From Nitrospirota bacterium (GTDB lineage: Bacteria; Nitrospirota; Thermodesulfovibrionia; Thermodesulfovibrionales; Dissulfurispiraceae): a stretch of DNA of 64,000 bases. The number at the start of each line of letters is the position of its first letter. The stretch's first letter is position 1. Made by a program: the position numbers and the translations under genes. The notes under the pieces were generated by a model. The model did no database searches. It was not told the DNA's origin and saw only the letters and a list, made by a program, of their open reading frames with translations. Shown here in pieces: positions 58,476 to 64,000 of this stretch. Location: contig JBFLWF010000012.1 in assembly GCA_040758355.1 (NCBI GenBank), positions 15,870 to 79,869 of the forward strand, given 5' to 3'.

Positions 58476-60785
58476 TTATTTTAAACCTCCTTTAAACAGC
58501 CAGCCTCTCATCAACATAACCAGGGCCGGCAGATAGATTATTGTCATTATTGCACTGAGCATCATCATGCTCACTATGAATGCGCCCACAGTAATATACG
58601 GTGTCAGCGGCGCAAGCATCATCACAGCAAAGGATGCTGCAAAGAGCACAGCATTTCTCATTATTCCCTTGCCCGGTCTTGCAGCGGTCCATAATAAAGA
58701 ATCAGTTATGAGTTCGGAATTTGGAGTTTGTTCTGTCAATCTCTGCCTGAACCTGTTTACGAAATGAATGGCAAAATCTACTGCCATGCCGAGAGAAAGA
58801 CACGAAAGCACCGATATGGGCATATCGAATCTCTTTCCTGTAAATCCAATGACCCCATATATGAGCAGGACGGTAAAAATCAAAGGCACATAACTGACTG
58901 TAGCCCATTTAAAGGAACGGAAATTAAACACGAGTATCACAAATACAGCAATGAGGGCAAGGATAAAGCCTCTGACCATATCCCATAGCACCTCATTATT
59001 CCAGACAAGATTGAAATATGCAATCCCGGCTGGTTTCAGATCAAGGGGAATTGGATGCGCCTTTTTGTATTCATCTACAGCCTTTATCACATCTTGCATT
59101 GCCCCGGCATCCCATGTCTTAAGCTGCACCCATATATTCGCCTTTTTAAACGAAGGGTCAACCACATTGTCCAGATCAGAAGGTTTTGCCGACATGCTGA
59201 ATAAAAAGAGATATTGACCTATCGCCTCCTTTGAATCAGGCACTTTATCGCACTTCGGGTCGTCATCATGAAGCACACGGTTTATTCTCTTGACATAGTC
59301 TGCTACAGAAAATGTCTTTCCAACTACCGGCAGCTTCTCGATATGCCTCTGTAGCCCTTCAATGTATTTCATTGTCTCGGGGTTTTTGATAAAATCGTCC
59401 TCTTTCGATATTGCTACTACATAGCCAAGGGATGTGCCTCCGAGCGCCCTGTTTATCTCCCTGTCAGCAACTCGAATTTCGCTGTTCTTCTTGAACCACT
59501 CCACCATGTTGTTATTGACTACTATCCTTGTTATCCCGATGACCGCCAGCACAAAAAGTATGAGACCGACAAGGACTGTGGCCTTTGGTTTATGTACACC
59601 ATAACCGGCAAGATTTCTCAGGAATTGAGATGTCCTGCTCAATGTAATGTCTTCGTCTCTGGATGCCCTTTCTATCTTTTCCTCTTTTACGAAGGTAAAC
59701 ATTGCAGGAATGAAGCTGAAGCTCAAAACCCTGAGCATTACGGTGCCGAATGCAATCAGACCGCCGAAGACCTTCACTGGAATGATGTTCATAAATAAAA
59801 GAACTGCAAAAGCTGCTGCTGTTGCCAGTGCAGTGTATCGCACAGGACGGCCTACTGCATGCATGGTCTCAATGATTGCAGCCTTTTTATCTTTCTTCTC
59901 TTTGAAGCGGAAATAAAACTCATTAAAGATATGAATACTGTCTGTTGCAATGGCCATCAAGAATACAGGAGCCATTGAGCTCATAATGTGGATGGGAAAT
60001 CCGAGGGCTATTAATAACCCCATGCTCCAGACAATGCTTACCATGGCATCCATCATCAGCGTAATGGAAAGGAAAAGATCCCTGAACATAAGGTATCTGA
60101 CAAGGAGCATGACGCCGCCTGCAATCGGAGCGAATATTGCCATCAATTTAAACATCTCTGCGCCGAAGGTATCCCTTGCTACAGGGTCTCCTGCCACATA
60201 GTATTTCTCGTTGCCCTTTTCCTTCTTAATTATTTCTCTGATTTTATCGGCTACCTGTTTACCGTTTGCACCCTTTTCGAGAGGTATATAGATGGCAGTT
60301 GTCTTTCCATCCTTTGAGATAATGCGATTAATGAAAAGAGGATTTTCAAAGAGGTTTTTTTGCAGGGTCTTTATCTCACCTTCTGTTTTTGGGACTTCGG
60401 TCATGAGAGGGGCCACCCTTAAAGTTCCAGCTTCTGCTGTCACATTTGTAATGGTGGGAAAGCTGTTCACATCCCTCGATGCAACGCCCCTGATCTTCAG
60501 TATCTCATCGGTTATCCTCCGTATCTTTCCGAGGGTGTCCTTATTGAGAACACCTTTTTCATTTACCACTCCTAAAACTATCATATCCTCGTACAGTCCG
60601 AAGGTGCTGTCAACCTCATCATTCCAAACCCTCACATCCGATGTTGCAGGAAGCATGTTTTTGGGATTGGTGTCGGTCTTCATTTTTGGAAACTGGGTCA
60701 TAAAGACGATGGACAGGATAATCGTCAAAGCAACTACCAATTTTGGATGTTCAACAGAAAATTCAACAAGCGAAAACTTCCGCAT
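58476..60785 (-). CDS. MMPL/RND-family exporter
   Basis: Two TM blocks with AIATDSIH and GMAVDFAIH. Confidence 0.92.
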   Translation of the reverse strand: MRKFSLVEFSVEHPKLVVALTIILSIVFMTQFPKMKTDTNPKNMLPATSDVRVWNDEVDSTFGLYEDMIVLGVVNEKGVLNKDTLGKIRRITDEILKIRGVASRDVNSFPTITNVTAEAGTLRVAPLMTEVPKTEGEIKTLQKNLFENPLFINRIISKDGKTTAIYIPLEKGANGKQVADKIREIIKKEKGNEKYYVAGDPVARDTFGAEMFKLMAIFAPIAGGVMLLVRYLMFRDLFLSITLMMDAMVSIVWSMGLLIALGFPIHIMSSMAPVFLMAIATDSIHIFNEFYFRFKEKKDKKAAIIETMHAVGRPVRYTALATAAAFAVLLFMNIIPVKVFGGLIAFGTVMLRVLSFSFIPAMFTFVKEEKIERASRDEDITLSRTSQFLRNLAGYGVHKPKATVLVGLILFVLAVIGITRIVVNNNMVEWFKKNSEIRVADREINRALGGTSLGYVVAISKEDDFIKNPETMKYIEGLQRHIEKLPVVGKTFSVADYVKRINRVLHDDDPKCDKVPDSKEAIGQYLFLFSMSAKPSDLDNVVDPSFKKANIWVQLKTWDAGAMQDVIKAVDEYKKAHPIPLDLKPAGIAYFNLVWNNEVLWDMVRGFILALIAVFVILVFNFRSFKWATVSYVPLIFTVLLIYGVIGFTGKRFDMPISVLSCLSLGMAVDFAIHFVNRFRQRLTEQTPNSELITDSLLWTAARPGKGIMRNAVLFAASFAVMMLAPLTPYITVGAFIVSMMMLSAIMTIIYLPALVMLMRGWLFKGGLK

Positions 60786-60800
60786 GAAACCCTCCTTGAG

Positions 60801-60827
60801 CATAAGGGGGACGGAGTCCCCCTTATG
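60801..60827. repeat. 12-bp perfect inverted repeat (REP-like)
   Basis: CATAAGGGGGAC-GGA-GTCCCCCTTATG. Confidence 0.55.
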
Positions 60828-60886
60828 AAATCCCCCTTAAAATAAGGGCATAATATCTTGATAACACGCTTCTTAACATTGCATTC

Positions 60887-62074
60887 CTACGGCAAATTGC
60901 TCATTCCGTATTTCATCTTATAGAGAAAGTATCTTTCAAAGGCTGCTTTAAGCCATTTATAGTGAATGCCGCCTTTAAGCACCGATTCCTGTCTCGGCGG
61001 AAGAACAGGTCTTGCCTTCATGTATGCAGCAGCATTGCCCATATCCATAAGGCACACAACCGACAGTTCCTCCGGTGTCGGCGGTGTCTCATTTTTGATT
61101 TCTGCTGTGATTGTGGCTGCTGCGGTCTTTGCCATTGTTACAGTCATATAACCTGTCTTTGGCACTCCTGTCGGCACAGGAGTCGGCTCAGCAGGAGCAA
61201 TTGCCATTGCAACTCCGATGGCAAAGATATTTGGATATTTCGTATGTCTGTAGTTCCTATCAACAGGTATGAAACCGCGCGGATTGCCGAGTGGCGCAAC
61301 AGCAGGCACGCCCTTAAACGGAGGCGCTATCATGGCGAGCCTAAATGGAATTTTTGTCCCGTCTTTGAGCCTTACCTCTGTGGGGACAACCTCCTCAATA
61401 GCCTGATTTGTTATAAACTTTATCTCCCTTTTTGAAAACTCATCCTCGATGAATCTCTTTGAATTGCCGAGTCCTCCGATGCCGAAGTGGCCTGCATAAG
61501 GCTCGGATGTCAGGTACAATATAGGCACCTTATGCCTTATCCTTCTCTTTCTCAATTCTGCATCCATCTCAAAGACAAGCTCGTATGAAGGGCCGAAACA
61601 GCTTACTCCCTGAGCAGAGCCTATGATTATGGGGCCCGGTTCTTCAAGGAGTTTCTTCCATGAAAGATTGGTCTTTACAGCATGATCAAGAGTGAATGTG
61701 CAGTCGGTGTATCCTTTATCAGGGCCAAGGCCGGGTATTTCATCAAAAGAAAGATGCGGGCCGGTTGATATTATGAGATAGCCGTATGGAATCTCTCTTG
61801 TGGCAGTAAATACCTTTGATGCATCAGGGATGATCTCTTTTGCAGCCTCATGAATAAAACCTATCCCTTTAGATTTAAGGATCTCTCCAGCATTGAGCTT
61901 GATATCATCTGGTTTCCTCCACCCCATAATCAGCCAGGGCAGGGAAGGCAGAAAGACAAACCTTTCATCATCGCTGACAACGGTTATCTCTGCTTCTTTT
62001 CCAAGAAGTCTTTTCAATTCAAAGGCAGCAGTAAGTCCGCCGAAAGAACCCCCGAGTATTACTATTTTCGCCAC
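60887..62074 (-). CDS. sqr: Sulfide:quinone oxidoreductase (type III-like)
   Basis: GGSFGG, SCFGPSYE, GVPKTGYM, VCLMDMG. Confidence 0.85.
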   Translation of the reverse strand: MAKIVILGGSFGGLTAAFELKRLLGKEAEITVVSDDERFVFLPSLPWLIMGWRKPDDIKLNAGEILKSKGIGFIHEAAKEIIPDASKVFTATREIPYGYLIISTGPHLSFDEIPGLGPDKGYTDCTFTLDHAVKTNLSWKKLLEEPGPIIIGSAQGVSCFGPSYELVFEMDAELRKRRIRHKVPILYLTSEPYAGHFGIGGLGNSKRFIEDEFSKREIKFITNQAIEEVVPTEVRLKDGTKIPFRLAMIAPPFKGVPAVAPLGNPRGFIPVDRNYRHTKYPNIFAIGVAMAIAPAEPTPVPTGVPKTGYMTVTMAKTAAATITAEIKNETPPTPEELSVVCLMDMGNAAAYMKARPVLPPRQESVLKGGIHYKWLKAAFERYFLYKMKYGMSNLP

Positions 62075-62091
62075 TTTATCCCCCTTTAAGT

Positions 62092-62165
62092 TATCAGCTA
62101 TCAGCCGTCAGCTTTTAGCTAAAAACCTCCTTACCTTTCTTGCTGACCGCTGAAAGCTGATAGCT
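62092..62165. repeat. Inverted pair of 7-bp tandem arrays
   Basis: TATCAGC TATCAGC CGTCAGC TTTTAGC ... TGCTGAC CGCTGAA AGCTGAT AGCT. Confidence 0.75.
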
Positions 62166-62168
62166 TCA

Positions 62169-62450
62169 TTAAAACATTCCCACTACCTTATCCTCTTTTA
62201 CCATAAAATCCACAAGGGCATCGTAACCTATTTCCTTTATCCCTTTGTCCATATCCCCGGAACTCAATCCCCTTAAGCGCGCATCCTCACCAAGCACAAA
62301 TGCCGTACCGCAGAAGCCTTCGAGCCTCTCCTTCTGAGCAAAATACACGGCGTTTTGCATCAGGCAAATGTCTGCAGCCATGTCCCTCGCCAGTTTTACA
62401 CCCCTGCTACCTTCCGGAGTATCCGGTGCACTTTTTATAATCACAAGCAT
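62169..62450 (-). CDS. DsrH/TusB-like protein
   Basis: LMQNAVY, EDARLRG, IGYDALVD. Confidence 0.8.
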   Translation of the reverse strand: MLVIIKSAPDTPEGSRGVKLARDMAADICLMQNAVYFAQKERLEGFCGTAFVLGEDARLRGLSSGDMDKGIKEIGYDALVDFMVKEDKVVGMF

Positions 62451-62460
62451 AAATACCTCC

Positions 62461-62814
62461 CTAAAAAATCATGGTTGTATCCGTTCCTTTAATAAGCTCT
62501 GCAATCTCAGAGCCATTTGCAATAATCACCCCTTCCACCAGGTTGTCAGTTTCGAGTTGCTCATCCTTTATGGATGTTTTGTCAGCATAGACATCAACAC
62601 CCATGTCGATGCAATCTTTTATTCCAGCCTCTATGCTTGAATATTCGGTATTGGATATGTCCTGCCCCTTTCGTGCTGCATTCACACCTCCGTCCACGAG
62701 TATCAACTTCACACTCATGTCCTCGATTATTCCTCCGAGGGCATGACGGATTGCTTCTGGCGCATCAACAGTACCGTACGGTGGTCTTCTTAAAATTATG
62801 CTTATGCTTCCCAT
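62461..62814 (-). CDS. DsrF/TusC-like protein
   Basis: RRPPYGT..EAIR, DGGV. Confidence 0.8.
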   Translation of the reverse strand: MGSISIILRRPPYGTVDAPEAIRHALGGIIEDMSVKLILVDGGVNAARKGQDISNTEYSSIEAGIKDCIDMGVDVYADKTSIKDEQLETDNLVEGVIIANGSEIAELIKGTDTTMIF

Positions 62815-62823
62815 ATACTCCCC

Positions 62824-63168
62824 CTATACACCGAAATTTAAAAAAATGGGATTTGCCTTGATTACATTAAAGAGCCCTTTCAAAGAGCTCATCTCCCCGC
62901 CTTCGACAGAATCCTCTTCCGCAAGACCGCGGAGCTGCATACAGCCTGTTCATATATCAACCTTGAGCCCCCTGCCCACGAGGTCTTCCAGTGCGGACAA
63001 TGCCCGCGGAACCTGCCCTTTGACAATTGAGAAAACACCGTCTCCAGACGCAACAAGCCTCACCTTTTGTCCCTTTTTAAGGGCAGCATCTGCGAGCTTG
63101 AATATGGTGTGGGTGTTTTCAAAACTGTACGGCGTTGTTGAAAGAAACATCACTATCTCCCTTTCCAT
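62824..63168 (-). CDS. DsrE/TusD-like selenoprotein candidate (KVDI-U-TGC-MQLRG)
   Basis: Read-through of UGA 62950-62952 restores a 114-aa DsrE ending 10 nt before the next ATG; GGTC-loop hairpin. Confidence 0.9.
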
Positions 63169-63188
63169 TTTACCTCCCCCTTAACGAA

Positions 63189-63509
63189 TTAAAATGTTAA
63201 TACCCTGTCGCTCTCCTTCAGCATGGCGTGCATGTCCTTAAGTCCGGCAACGGGACAGATGTCTGTAGGCCCCGCATTCCTTAATTTCAGACATGTCCCG
63301 CAAGCGAATATCTTTCCTCCTGCTGCAAGGAAATCCTTCATCTGCTGTGTAACCGGAAATTTCTCGGTATCAAGGGACTCTGCTTCCACACCCTTGCCTG
63401 TTAGAAAAACCTTTACCTCGTCACCTTCCTTCATGGCGAAATTGCCATATCTAAAGGCATTCCATACGGTCTCAGGATCGTTCGAATAGATAATAATTCC
63501 AATCTTCAT
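63189..63509 (-). CDS. DsrE/YchN-family protein (Cys form, CGTC)
   Basis: VFLTGKGVE, FACGTCLKLR. Confidence 0.85.
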   Translation of the reverse strand: MKIGIIIYSNDPETVWNAFRYGNFAMKEGDEVKVFLTGKGVEAESLDTEKFPVTQQMKDFLAAGGKIFACGTCLKLRNAGPTDICPVAGLKDMHAMLKESDRVLTF

Positions 63510-63850
63510 CAATGCCTCCTTTTACCTGGATATTTACCTTTTTTTGTTACAGGACAACATGCAGGAGCAGGCAGCTCCTTCCTGTAGTCCTTTTTCAAAA
63601 GCTCGATGATGTCCGGGATTATAGGGTCTTTGAGGAAATAGCACCTGAGCCTTCCATCCATATAATGGTCAATAACACCATGTGTTCTTAAAATGGACAG
63701 ATGCTGTGAGACATTGGGCTGGCTAATCTCAAGAAATTCTTCAAAATCGCTTACACACTTAACCCCCTTTGTCAGCTCATCGAGTATCCTTATTCTTACA
63801 GGATGGGCAATGATTTTTAAAAGCTCTATCCTCTTTCCTATCGAACGCAT
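63509..63850 (-). CDS. ArsR/SmtB-family regulator
   Basis: AHPVRIRIL, CVSD, SQPNVSQHL; C-terminal ACCP. Confidence 0.9.
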   Translation of the reverse strand: MRSIGKRIELLKIIAHPVRIRILDELTKGVKCVSDFEEFLEISQPNVSQHLSILRTHGVIDHYMDGRLRCYFLKDPIIPDIIELLKKDYRKELPAPACCPVTKKGKYPGKRRH

Positions 63851-64000
63851 TTAAATTACCTCCATTTATATGCTTAGCCTGTTCAACAACTCGCTAAGCC
63901 TTGAAAATCAAGGTTCTGCGAGTATATTCTGATTTTCTTTTACCGCAAATCCTGTTAAAATATCTCATCTTAATTCCATATGGAGGCCTTTAGATGAGAA

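Noticed and set aside
1..64000. Genome-wide UGA reassignment (code 4/25)
   Set aside because: Many genes end properly at TGA, often in ATGA/GTGA overlaps (e.g. 5417, 21054, 52194, 54291, 55399, 56615), and Trp uses TGG.

Overview
Bacterial chromosomal window; gene content and style suggest Nitrospirota/Thermodesulfovibrionia (inference, not verified). Positions 1-27.3 kb are mostly housekeeping: a minus-strand dcw cluster (mraZ-rsmH-ftsL-ftsI-murE-murF-mraY-[D,D-carboxypeptidase]-murD-ftsW-murG-murC-murB), bioF, gpsA, larB, rimI/tsaB, an MFS, znuACB, an Lpp-like lipoprotein facing an L,D-transpeptidase, and tRNA-Val/tRNA-Asp. From 27.4 kb to the end is an all-minus-strand anaerobic respiration and sulfur/selenium-handling region. 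It holds two Tat-exported molybdopterin oxidoreductases with Fe-S subunits and TorD chaperones, an NrfD/Fe-S/tetraheme module, a porin plus diheme cytochrome, two PKD proteins, a PhnD-HK-sigma54 regulator set, an MMPL/LolA-like/beta-barrel triad, YeeE, SQR and DsrE/F/H-like genes. The main hidden signal is in-frame UGA. Five ORFs stop at a UGA where a paralog in the window or the family has Cys, and each UGA is followed by a SECIS-like hairpin: an Fe-S subunit CxxU, DsrE UxxC, a secreted helical protein ending GUE, a PKD protein and FmdB. This suggests an unannotated selenoprotein-rich system with C-terminal Cys/Sec carrier arms. Other signals are four copies of a ~210-bp covarying stem element, many in-frame 7-bp tandem arrays inside essential genes, and a duplicated sigma54 promoter with twin enhancer palindromes. 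selA/selB/selC/selD are not in the window, so all Sec calls are unconfirmed.
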